This document shows positions 49,456 to 59,894 of a DNA stretch of 64,000 nucleotides, piece after piece (positions within the stretch are counted from its first letter, which is position 1; each line of letters begins with the position of its first letter). This stretch comes from a virus: the IMG/VR virus record IMGVR_UViG_3300044910_000908, positions 17,068-81,067 of that record, one strand, 5' to 3'. The notes beneath the pieces were generated by a model. The model had not been told where the DNA came from and did no database searches. It saw only the letters and a program-made list of their open reading frames with translations. The position numbers were made by a program, and so were the translations under genes.

Positions 49456-49559
49456 TGGAGCTCGAGAGAGGATTTGAACCTCCGACCGGCTGATTGTTCA
49501 ATACTCTCTTTAGAAAGCATTCAACAAATCAGCTGCTCTACCAACTGAGCTACTCGAGC
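49456..49559 (-). tRNA. tRNA-Thr(UGU) interrupted by a 28-nt insert after the anticodon
   Basis: GCTCGAG/CTCGAGC acceptor, D arm GCTC-AGTTGGTA-GAGC, GCTGA/TCAGC anticodon stem, T loop TTCAAAT, encoded CCA; removing 49496-49523 gives a canonical 76-nt tRNA. Confidence 0.9.
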
Positions 49560-50292
49560 AATATTTTTTATTTATAATATTTTAAAAGTAATGTAATAAC
49601 CATTAACTTTCATTTACTCCACGTTTAGTTAATTCTTTTTTAATCAACGCGTTTCTTTTCTTTTTATTGCCGTAAGCTGCTTGCAATTTATCAATTTTCA
49701 TTGTTGCTAATACTTGACCATGTTTTGAAACTTTTGCTGACATTAACTTCTCCTCTTTGTTGTAATAAAATATTTCTTAATATTCTTTATATAGCAGAAA
49801 ACATTAAGAAATATTCTACATATTTCCTGTTGAAGTGTTTAACTTTTCTTTTATAAGAAGTTTTATCTTCTTCAACTTTTGGTTTATTAAATTGATGACA
49901 ATGTTTTGCCACAAAATTATTTATTATTGGTTTGTTTTTCTTTTTCATATTTAATTTCTCCTATTATAACAATCTGATTGCCAATGACCATTATTATTTA
50001 TATGACATATTTTTTCACTTGACATATTAGGTAATTTTACATCCATAACATAACCAAGTGATACTATCAATATCAATAATGTAAGTAGTATTAATTTTAT
50101 TGTAAATTTATCCATCTTTGCATTCTCTTTGCCAAACAACGTGATTACTATTATTTCCTTTAACATATACAACACACTGTTGTAATCCTGCTTTTGCCAT
50201 TTGTTCATTTTCTGTTTTGCTTATATTGTCTGATATAAGCAAATAAATTAGAAAGAAAATTATACAAAAAATTAAATAATTATTTTTATCCA

Positions 50293-50727
50293 TTAAACAA
50301 TTCTCGCTTCTTCAAATTTAACTAATAATTTGCCAATACTATCATTATTCTGTTTAACTAAATAATATCCATAATAATAATCGCATATACCATCAATAAT
50401 TCCTTTATCTAATTGTGTTCCTATTTCATAGGGTGGTTCAACATTATTTTCTTCAAACCATTTTTTTCGTTCTTTTTGTAAATAATCATTAGCTATATAA
50501 TCTAAATCATCCAATGCGTTTACAAATTGTAAATCTACATCCCAACCATAATGGGTATCTAAATATTTCCCAATTTCATATCCATCGGATATTGAAGAAT
50601 ATCGATAACCATCTATCAGTATAGATAAATCGCATCCATGCTCTTTTGAAAAAGGTTCAAATGCTTTTTGTAGTAATTCAATTGTTTCTGTTGGTGCTTT
50701 AGGATATTTATCCATTGGATGTGTCAT
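50293..50727 (-). CDS. Hypothetical protein
   Basis: 144 aa ORF. Confidence 0.55.
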   Translation of the reverse strand: MTHPMDKYPKAPTETIELLQKAFEPFSKEHGCDLSILIDGYRYSSISDGYEIGKYLDTHYGWDVDLQFVNALDDLDYIANDYLQKERKKWFEENNVEPPYEIGTQLDKGIIDGICDYYYGYYLVKQNNDSIGKLLVKFEEARIV

Positions 50728-50938
50728 ATTTATTTCCTCGTTTTAACTTTAAATAAGGTTGGACCTTCAATTAATACTTTTTCACATTTAAAATTTATCT
50801 GACTTGACGATAAATTAGTAAATACAACTTTTTCGTCTGATAAACATTTACTTTGGCTAATTGTAATTTCTTCTTCTGTTGGTTTTCTTTCAACAGAGGA
50901 ACATCCAACAACTAATAAAATTAATATTAAATATCTCA

Positions 50939-51448
50939 TTATAAATATTTTTTAATAAATTCAAATTTTACTTCATTGCTATTAACATCAATATAAGAAC
51001 AATTAAATTTATTTAAAATACTTTTAATTTCTTCAGATAATTCTTGTGATTGAGCTTCATCTTGATTTCTACCAATTTGCTGATATTCATGTGTTCTATG
51101 TAAAAAGAAATTAATGTTCTCATAAGAATTAAAAATTTCAGAAGTTAATTCAGCAAGTAAAGGATAATAAGATAATTCCTTTGATTGATAAGCAATATTC
51201 ATAATTAAAGGACTATCAGTAATTACATAATCCACCTTACCTTGCAATCTTAATAATCTTCTATGTTGCTTAGCAAAAATATATAACTGGTCAGAAAATA
51301 AATTCTGACGTTCTTCCCATACTGCATCCTTAGCATATTCAGTAATCTCCTCTACATTATATCCTGCTATTTTCATATCAGCAAAAATGCGAGCTCTTAA
51401 AGTTGATTTACCACTACCAGGAGCCCCGATTAGATTAATGATTTTCAT
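50939..51448 (-). CDS. P-loop nucleotide kinase (NadR/Ttd14 AAA-like)
   Basis: INLIGAPGSGKST, EYAK, VITDSPL, GRNQ. Confidence 0.75.
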   Translation of the reverse strand: MKIINLIGAPGSGKSTLRARIFADMKIAGYNVEEITEYAKDAVWEERQNLFSDQLYIFAKQHRRLLRLQGKVDYVITDSPLIMNIAYQSKELSYYPLLAELTSEIFNSYENINFFLHRTHEYQQIGRNQDEAQSQELSEEIKSILNKFNCSYIDVNSNEVKFEFIKKYL

Positions 51449-52873
51449 ATACTACCCTAATATGCTTGTTAAAATATTTTCAGGAATACTGCTGTCATCA
51501 ACAGAACAAACTCCTTCATAATTAAAATGAACTGGAGTATTATCATTGTAATAATATTCTCCGCCTTTCCATCCTTCAAAGTGATGATTAACAGCATCTT
51601 TAAGATAATCTAACATTTGTTGGATAGTAATATCATTTTCATTTGGTGGAAAACTTACATGATCATAATATCCTCTATGAGCATGTGGATAACCAAATCC
51701 AAAAGCACAAACTTTATCTTTTGGCTGAGTTTCTAAAAGCATTCTTAATTCTTTTATAGTCATTTAATCATCCTCTCCTCTATCCCAATTCAAATTAAGT
51801 GCCTCTTGATAACCATCCATAAATATTCCATTTCTCCATTCATCAAATTGGGCAAAATCGATTTTGCGCTGTTTAACTAATTCAAACACCGTTTCAGGAG
51901 TCATTTGTTTAATTTCAAAATCATAAAATGAACCATCTGATAATGTTATTTGTATACAACTCATTTCTATATCCTCTTATTAATCTATGAGTATATAATA
52001 TACCAAAACTATTAAAAAGTAAATATTTAAATTTGATATTTGAATTTACTTAACAATTTATTTGCTTCTTCTTTATTATTTTCCAATACTGCTTTTAGAT
52101 CTTGCTCATGTTTTGCTTCTAAAATATTTAATTGTTCTTTAAGCTTTAATCCAGCTTCTTCAGGAATAATGAATTGAGGTCTAAATAACGCATTTCCATA
52201 ACTTCCGATTTTTACTAAACCATCATCTCTCACTTCATCAATAACACCGCATAATAAATATGGAAATCTATCATACTTCCAAAATGCCATTAAATTTTTA
52301 TCCATTAGATTTTACCTCTTCAAAATAAAAATGCAACGTTTGTTCTTTAGAAATTTGTTTATAACATCTTGCAATGTCACAACGAAAACTATCCATTCTG
52401 AATAAACATAATTGACATTTTTCATTTAAAGTAGATGAAACCATTTTTACTAATGGTCCACCACCTACGTAGTGTGCTTCACCAATTTTGAAACCATTAA
52501 CTGTTATATCTTCTGACATGTTATATTCTCTTCATCTGTTTGTGTAAATAAAAAAGCTTCTGATTTACTATCATTATACATCACAATCTCGTAAAAGTAA
52601 ATATCTTTTTTATTTAAAACACCTCTAAAAGACTTATCAATATTCAGCATTTGCGGTAAATTTGCAACTTGATTAAAGAATTTTACAACTCTATCTCTAT
52701 AAGTTTCTGAACTATCTTGAGCTAATTTGATTGTTACTCTGGTGGGAGTAATAGTCAATTTAAATCGACTATTACCTTTATCTTGAATTTCTAATGTTTT
52801 CATCTTTTTATATACTCTTTTTTCATCGAATTTGAAATATTATACACTAAATCCCAAAAAAGTAAAACTATTT

Positions 52874-54064
52874 TTAATAAAATCTCAAAATTGTTTTATA
52901 GGTATTGGCTAATGGAGCAGGCATAGTCATTAAAACTTTATTAACCGTTTCTACTTTTACATTATTATCCTGTAAATATTGTAGAACTTGTTCATATTGA
53001 ATTAATGGATAATTTTCATCAGTTGTAGTTTCAGGGTAAAATGAATGAAAATTTAATATTAACCATTCATTATTGGCTATGGCATTGTCAATCCACTTCT
53101 CAATCAACCCTACTGGTGTCCATTTATCAACACTAATTCTATTGATATTGGTTCTATCCACTATTGGTAAAATATTATTCATTCCATCAATATTTAACAT
53201 TGCTAAATAATTACTTTTTACAACATTAGCAACTCTATCATTATGAATACCATTAGGATAAGCGAATACTGAATTCCCCTTAGTATTGTTAGATGTTAAG
53301 TAATTTTTAGTAGTGGAAATAATAGAACTTAATTTAGTAGCTGATACAGTTTTAAGATTGTATTTTACTGAATGTCCGCCAATTTCCCAATTTGAACTAT
53401 TAATCTGATTGAATTCTGTAGTTGATATAAATGGAGATGTATTAAAAACATTCTCATCAATATAAATACTTGTGTCAATATTATAACTTTGAGATAATTG
53501 TAAAGCATCCATTATTGTTTCATTGCCATCATCTATAGTTATTGAAACAATTGGATTAGTTCCTGTGCTAGGAATAATTTCTAAATTTGAAATTTGTGCT
53601 GAAATTCTGGATCCGCCTCTATCTCGCAATCTCCACATAAATGAATTAATTTGAGATGCATTAGGAGAACCGTATTTGTATAATTCACTAAAAGGAATAA
53701 CCACATTTATCCATTGATTATTAGTAGGAGATTGAATATGCCAACTTAAATCAATTTCATATGTATTATTAAAATCAGTTCCAGAACTTGAAAACATTAA
53801 AGAAAATTCATCTAATTGGGACCAATCAGAAACTTTAATTCTTGCTCTAATACCTGATTTTTCGATAGAAATAGGAGTATCATAATAAGAAAAAACTCCA
53901 GAATATTCCATCCATCCTGTAGTGTTTAAAGAAATAATATTAGAAGTTGTATTAACTGAATACGACGTGTAATCATAATATTGATATAATTCCTGTTTTA
54001 CAATTTTACTATATGTTAATGTTGGCAATAACATTAACATAATAAATACTATTTTTTTAATCAT
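52874..54064 (-). CDS. Secreted polysaccharide deacetylase (CE4/NodB) with N-terminal beta domain
   Basis: Signal peptide; SITIDDG, EIGGHS, FAYPNG, LNFH. Confidence 0.85.
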   Translation of the reverse strand: MIKKIVFIMLMLLPTLTYSKIVKQELYQYYDYTSYSVNTTSNIISLNTTGWMEYSGVFSYYDTPISIEKSGIRARIKVSDWSQLDEFSLMFSSSGTDFNNTYEIDLSWHIQSPTNNQWINVVIPFSELYKYGSPNASQINSFMWRLRDRGGSRISAQISNLEIIPSTGTNPIVSITIDDGNETIMDALQLSQSYNIDTSIYIDENVFNTSPFISTTEFNQINSSNWEIGGHSVKYNLKTVSATKLSSIISTTKNYLTSNNTKGNSVFAYPNGIHNDRVANVVKSNYLAMLNIDGMNNILPIVDRTNINRISVDKWTPVGLIEKWIDNAIANNEWLILNFHSFYPETTTDENYPLIQYEQVLQYLQDNNVKVETVNKVLMTMPAPLANTYKTILRFY

Positions 54065-54165
54065 ATATTCTAATCTCCTTTATTAATATCTCGTAAAATT
54101 AATCTTCTAAATTTCTTATCAACATCATGAGACCAAACTCTATGATTTAAAATAAGAATGCTCTG

Positions 54166-54271
54166 CTGACACGGAGGGACTCGAACCCCCAACCCTCTGA
54201 TTAAGTGAAGAACTCTCTATCCATGAAAGTTCTTGGGTCAGTCAGATGCACTGCCATTGTGCTACATGTCA
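54166..54271 (-). tRNA. tRNA, most likely Asn(GUU) (alternative Lys-CUU), interrupted by a 34-nt insert; no encoded CCA
   Basis: TGACATG/CGTGTCA acceptor (U1-A72, G73), GCAC/GTGC D stem, TCTGA/TCAGA anticodon stem, T loop TTCGAGT; removing 54205-54238 gives loop CU-GUU-AA. Confidence 0.85.
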
Positions 54272-55258
54272 GCAGAGCATTCTTTATATACTTTTATTTA
54301 TTAAAAATCCGGGGACTCCAGTTTGAGCATTGTTAAGAGGCTTGAAGTCCAATTGTTATTTTATTTATTCAATAAAATTAATCTTAAAACAAACTCTGCC
54401 TTTAAATGATTTCCACCAAGTAATAACAAAACTATCAGCTTTTTCAATTTGCTCTTTTTCAGATTAAGCTCTATGCTTAAACTTATCAACAAAAATGTCA
54501 ATACCTTTAAGAAATAAAAATACACTGAAAAGACCAATATATGTTCCTATACATATCAACCCTAGACCCAAACTAGTAACTTCTGGCCATATTTGTTCTG
54601 GATGATACCCACCTATTACTATAATTCCAAGACAAATGATGGGCCAAATTAACAAACAAAATACGAATACAGATAAAAGTGATAGTTTAAAAGCTCCAAC
54701 GAAAACTTGTCTAACATATTTACAAAAATTTTCACTAGGATAGACATGATCAAAACTAGCTAATTTATAATGTAAGGAAGATTTTTTAAAATTTAAAGTT
54801 TTCATTTTATATTACTCATTTTGTAAAAGGTTTTTTCAGTTATTGTAAAACTGCCATTCGTCAATAACTTTTTTTGCATTCCATATTTTTTCATCAACTC
54901 ATAAACATTTATTGTTGTATCAGTTTCTGCTTGATTGCCAAATTCTTTTAACTTAAACCAACTAATATGAACAACTTTCCAAGCATAATAGAAAAAATGA
55001 TTAATATAAATTATATCCTTTTCTCTTTCAGTCAACTCCAAATCTTCTAATAAAGATTGATATTGAATATCAACTTCACCATAAGGGAATCCAACTGAAT
55101 CAGAATTATTCATTATATAATAACTTCTAGCAACTGAAATAATTTTTGATAATTTTGTTTCTTCAGTAGCAGCAATTTTAAAAGCAGTCTCAACGTTCAT
55201 CACTTATCTCCAATTTGTTAAGATAAATTATATAATACTTCTCGTTAAAAGTAAACAA

Positions 55259-55585
55259 TTATTTTTCTTTACCTGCATTTAAATTAAATACATCTTCAAT
55301 TCTACTATCAACAAAAGCTTCTTCAAGTTTATATCTCCAAACAGCAAAACCAGCCTCTTTTAAATCTTCAACTAATTTAATTGTTCTTACACTTAAATCA
55401 TCTCTATCTTGAGAATGACCTGTCATGAATGTATCATATTTAGAACGTTCTTCAGTATCATTTTCTCGTTTCTTCATTAATAAATCAGCTACTTTGAAAT
55501 TATGTTTCTTTGCAAGTTGTGAAGCTTCTTGCAATCTTTCATCAAAAACTGGTTCAATTGTAATATGACATTCTAGATACAGCAT
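55259..55585 (-). CDS. Hypothetical protein
   Basis: 108 aa, ECHITIEP and RYKLEE motifs. Confidence 0.6.
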   Translation of the reverse strand: MLYLECHITIEPVFDERLQEASQLAKKHNFKVADLLMKKRENDTEERSKYDTFMTGHSQDRDDLSVRTIKLVEDLKEAGFAVWRYKLEEAFVDSRIEDVFNLNAGKEK

Positions 55586-57459
55586 TTAATTCTCCTCTTA
55601 TTTCCATTGATGTTTTCTTTTAGATTGAGTTTTCCAGCTTTTATCATTATAACTATGTTTTTCTCTATCCCAGCTATCAGGTGGAATAGCTTTATTTCTG
55701 TATTTCACATTTAAATCTAAATCAATAATATCAATATCTTTAATAGCTTCTTTATTGCTTCTAAATGTTTTGATATTAATATAATGACCCCATGTTTTTT
55801 TCTTTCTACCATGGCGACGATTATGATGTTTTTTATTATCTTGTTTTTTACGTTCTTTCAAGAATTCCAAATATTGGATATCGATATATTCTTTAGGGAA
55901 CCAATTTCCATCTTCATCATGAACAGAATAATAAGTTCTATAAATGAAAGAATTTAATGGTTGTTCATGAGTTCTATAAATCCAATCCCAATCTTTAAAA
56001 TCATTTTTTATATAATAATAATTATATTGGAAATGTTTAAAAAATTGTTTCCAGTTTTCAAAATAATAAAATTTAATATGATTACTAACAGTATAATAAA
56101 CATAAATGCCATTTTGATTTTGAATTTTCATTGTAAGGGTCTCCATATTGTTAAGTAAAATTACCTAACGGAAACCTTCATTTTTTAGATGTAATATTTT
56201 TTTCATATTTTATTTAATTCCGAATTCTTCTTCAATCATTTTTCTATTATAAACAAATTTTCTATTTTCAGCAATATGCATTTTATCTCGATTTAATTCT
56301 AATTCTTCTTCATTATCAAAATTAAACGAAAACCAAGTTGTTGTATCATCTTCTTCTTTATTATCTGTTTTGTTTAATGCTATCATGATAAATTCCTTAA
56401 TAATTTAAATTCTTAAATAAATTTTATCACAAATTTTTAAAAAATAAAATTATTAATGTTAAAACTGTTTGTTATTTAACGTTAAATTAGCAGCAATTAT
56501 TGCTAATTCTTGCGGAGAAATAGTTTCTGCCCAATGGATAAAATCTGCAAGTGAATGAATCCATAACAACCATCTATGGTTAATTTCATCTACTTGCGAT
56601 AAGGTTGGTGTTAATTGATGTCTAATTACATCACACCGCTTAAAGATACCATCTTCAGCAATTTCTCCTTCTGTATCTTCTGATAAAGCAATCCAATCGC
56701 CTCTTTTAAAATATTTAAATAATCCAGTAGATGTTTCAATTTCTTGACCAGATAACAATGCTTTCAAAACCATAGCCACTGTTGCAGGTGATGTTTCAGA
56801 TTGTTTATTCAACATAACATTTCTCCAATATTTTCAACATGGATAATATTATAAACAGTTTTTCTGCAAAAGTAAATAACTATTTAAAATAATCTGGAAC
56901 TTTATTTTCCTGTATTTCTTCATTACAAAATCTATAGATATCGTCATGAGAATTTGGATAAAAATTTCTAATCAATTTATCTTCTAAATGTTTAATAGCA
57001 TGGTTCCAAATAAATTTTGCTTGATGTTCTGAAACGGTAGAACCTTCTAAATATTTTGAATAAACTTCTTCAAATTTCATGCTAATATCCTCGTTTTTCC
57101 CAACCATTTTCTACCCGTTTTTTCATCAATCAAAATTTCAGTCTCTGTACCCACCAATTGTCTAGACTTACGGTCAAAAACCATCCCATACTGCACACTA
57201 TACTTCACACTCCTTGCATAACTCCTTGTCTCCGCTACTATCACCCACCCAACAACAATAATCAACAACCACATTACAATCATAATAACATCAATCATAC
57301 AAATGCAGCAAATACGCCAAACATTTGGAAAATGCCTACTAAAATTTCAACAGAACCTTCACATCTATGTCCTTGATTATATCTAAAATTACCAATATAA
57401 ATTAACATAAATCCTAATAAAACTAATCCTAAAAATAAATAAAGCATAAAAATTTCTCG

Positions 57460-57729
57460 CTAGTCGTGATAATGGTGATGTCTATGATAATCGTGATGGT
57501 GGTCCCAATCTCTTCTTCTACGATGAGGTCTCGTATCTCTATATACATCATATCGTTCTACATAATGAGGAGTAGTATAATATGGTTGAGGAGTATATTG
57601 GAAATAAGCATAAGGATTTACAACAACAGGAGGTCGATAATAAGGATTACCAAAACCTAAATAAACATCAACATCTGCTAATAATGAAGGAGATATTGAC
57701 AATAGTAATAACATTAATATTTTTTTCAT
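57460..57729 (-). CDS. Secreted Pro/Tyr-rich protein with His-rich tail
   Basis: Signal peptide and low-complexity body. Confidence 0.6.
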   Translation of the reverse strand: MKKILMLLLLSISPSLLADVDVYLGFGNPYYRPPVVVNPYAYFQYTPQPYYTTPHYVERYDVYRDTRPHRRRRDWDHHHDYHRHHHYHD

Positions 57730-57730
57730 T

Positions 57731-58318
57731 TTATAAATCCTTCAAAATTAATCGTAAGTGAGCTTTATCATTTCCATATGACCAAATCCTATCATCAAAA
57801 TCTGCATCATAAGAACCATGATGTAATTTAACAGATTTTTCAACAATTGTTTTATTTTTTAAATCAATAATATCAACAATAATATCAGTATCTTTACTTA
57901 AAGATGTCCATAATTTTCTTGCTCCAAAAAATTGTTCTAAATCGCCTAAAATATTAAATTTTAATTTTTTAACAAAATATCGATATAACTGTTTAGCAAT
58001 TCCTTTACCTTGTTGTGTATTAATAACTTGAATTAAATCAACATTTTTTAAATTATTTACATTAGGAAAATGTTCATCTGATAAATCACATTCAACAATA
58101 ATTTTATAGTTAGTATCTTCTTGTTCTTGAATAATTTTATAATGATTTTCCATTTGGATTAATTCAAAAACAAAATCTCCAACTTTAAAATCATCTAATT
58201 TTAAATATTTGTTTTGTTTAACAAAATTAGATAATATTCCTAATGATGATTGGGAAATATAATCTCCCTCTCGTGCTATAGACATTTCTGTTAAATTGAA
58301 GATTTCTTTAACAAGCAT
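57731..58318 (-). CDS. GNAT-like acetyltransferase
   Basis: VINTQQGKGIAKQLY acetyl-CoA motif A, GARKLW. Confidence 0.6.
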   Translation of the reverse strand: MLVKEIFNLTEMSIAREGDYISQSSLGILSNFVKQNKYLKLDDFKVGDFVFELIQMENHYKIIQEQEDTNYKIIVECDLSDEHFPNVNNLKNVDLIQVINTQQGKGIAKQLYRYFVKKLKFNILGDLEQFFGARKLWTSLSKDTDIIVDIIDLKNKTIVEKSVKLHHGSYDADFDDRIWSYGNDKAHLRLILKDL

Positions 58319-59173
58319 TTATTTTAAAGCAGCAATCATTTCATTAACTTCTTTTAAATCTTCATCATAAAAACGTGACCAAACTTTAACTACTTTCATT
58401 GCATGTTTAGCAATCGCTTTAATTTCTTTAGCCCATTCTTTAATACCTTCTTTTAAGGTTGTTCTTAAAGCTGGAGATTTTTCTGTAATAGAAATTTTAG
58501 TATGTTCTTCAACTAATTGTTTTACTTGTTCTTCTAATTCAGGAACCATTTCAACTAACTTTTCTAAAATTGCGCTATAATCAACTTTTTCTGATTTAAC
58601 AGTAGTTTTTTTAGCTAATGTTAATGTTGCAGAAACAGTATCAACAATACGAGTTAATACTTCATCATCTGCATTAAACAATTCAACAACTTCTTCTTTA
58701 ATATTTTCATTCAATTCACCTTGAACTTTTTGCAATTGTTCAATACTTTTTTGTAATTTCTTATATTTAGAAATCAATTTAGTAAATTTACCACTTGTAT
58801 TACCAGTTAATGTCACAATGACTTTTTCAACTTGTCCTTTTGTTTTCTTTTCTTCATATTCTAACTCAGTTTTTCTGCTTTCAGAAATTGTTGCAGAATC
58901 AAAAAGCTTTTTAATTTTTTTTGCTTCAGGTAGCCAAGATTCCACATTAACTCTACCATCATATTTATAAAACTCATTATTCAACGGAGTTATAATTTCT
59001 TGTTGAAATTTTCTATAATAAGGATTGTTCTTATTCTTTTTAACTTCATTATAAATCAATGTCATTTCTGATTGTGGATTCTTTTTTACCCACTCTGACA
59101 TCGTCATGTTTTTTGATAACTTTCTTGTTTGTGATGGAAAAATTTCACGTAATAACATTTTATTATACTCCAA
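58319..59173 (-). CDS. Coiled-coil hypothetical protein
   Basis: 284 aa ORF with AATAAATA upstream. Confidence 0.6.
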   Translation of the reverse strand: MEYNKMLLREIFPSQTRKLSKNMTMSEWVKKNPQSEMTLIYNEVKKNKNNPYYRKFQQEIITPLNNEFYKYDGRVNVESWLPEAKKIKKLFDSATISESRKTELEYEEKKTKGQVEKVIVTLTGNTSGKFTKLISKYKKLQKSIEQLQKVQGELNENIKEEVVELFNADDEVLTRIVDTVSATLTLAKKTTVKSEKVDYSAILEKLVEMVPELEEQVKQLVEEHTKISITEKSPALRTTLKEGIKEWAKEIKAIAKHAMKVVKVWSRFYDEDLKEVNEMIAALK

Positions 59174-59894
59174 ATACTATTTAAATAATTATTTATTCTA
59201 TTCAGAGATAATTAATGGTTTTTTATCACACTCTTCTTGCCAAACTTTAAAATACTCTCCTCGTCCTGGAACTAAAAAAGAACATTCTTTTAAACCTTTT
59301 TCATATCTAAACATATCATAATCATAATCTTGTTTAATCCATAAACCTACAAATATTGCTATTATAAAAACAATAATTATTATTGTTTTTTCAGTTGGAC
59401 CTAATTTATTAAAATCATTACTATTTGACATTTATTTCTCCCATAAGTTTTTCCACCATTGATTAGTTTCAACATTTAAAGTTGCTTGATGTTGTATTTG
59501 AAAATCAAACCAAAAATCTTTAATTCTACAACAATCTTCTAATGATAATCTATTATGATCTATCATATCATGAAATAACCAACAATGTTTAAATACATTT
59601 AATTCTTCAGGATTTATACCAATCTCATTATGAATACATTCTCCACCAATATATCCTAAACCATTTGAAAGATATTGTGTTGAACAATACAAAATAATAT
59701 CATCTTCTTTATGTTCTTCTACATCATTCTCGTTAATTAATCCATAAATTTTTACAGATAATTCAAAATCATCCAAAGGATTATCATTATCATTTAATTG
59801 ATTTAATAATTGTGATTTATAAAATTCAAAAACTTTAACAATAGTTTGTTCTATTTTTATTAATCTTTCGTTTAAAGTTTCTAAATACTTATAA

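Noticed and set aside
49496-49523. tRNA inserts as group I, group II or archaeal BHB introns
   Set aside because: Far too short for a ribozyme core; no terminal G (group I); no GUGYG start or domain V despite the AC end (group II); no 3-4-3 bulge-helix-bulge
601-59321. Numerous plus-strand ORFs in the ORF track (e.g. 601-792, 811-1122, 4323-4568, 38244-38549, 47705-47953)
   Set aside because: All lie antisense within well-supported minus-strand genes and lack an RBS or motifs; shadow ORFs
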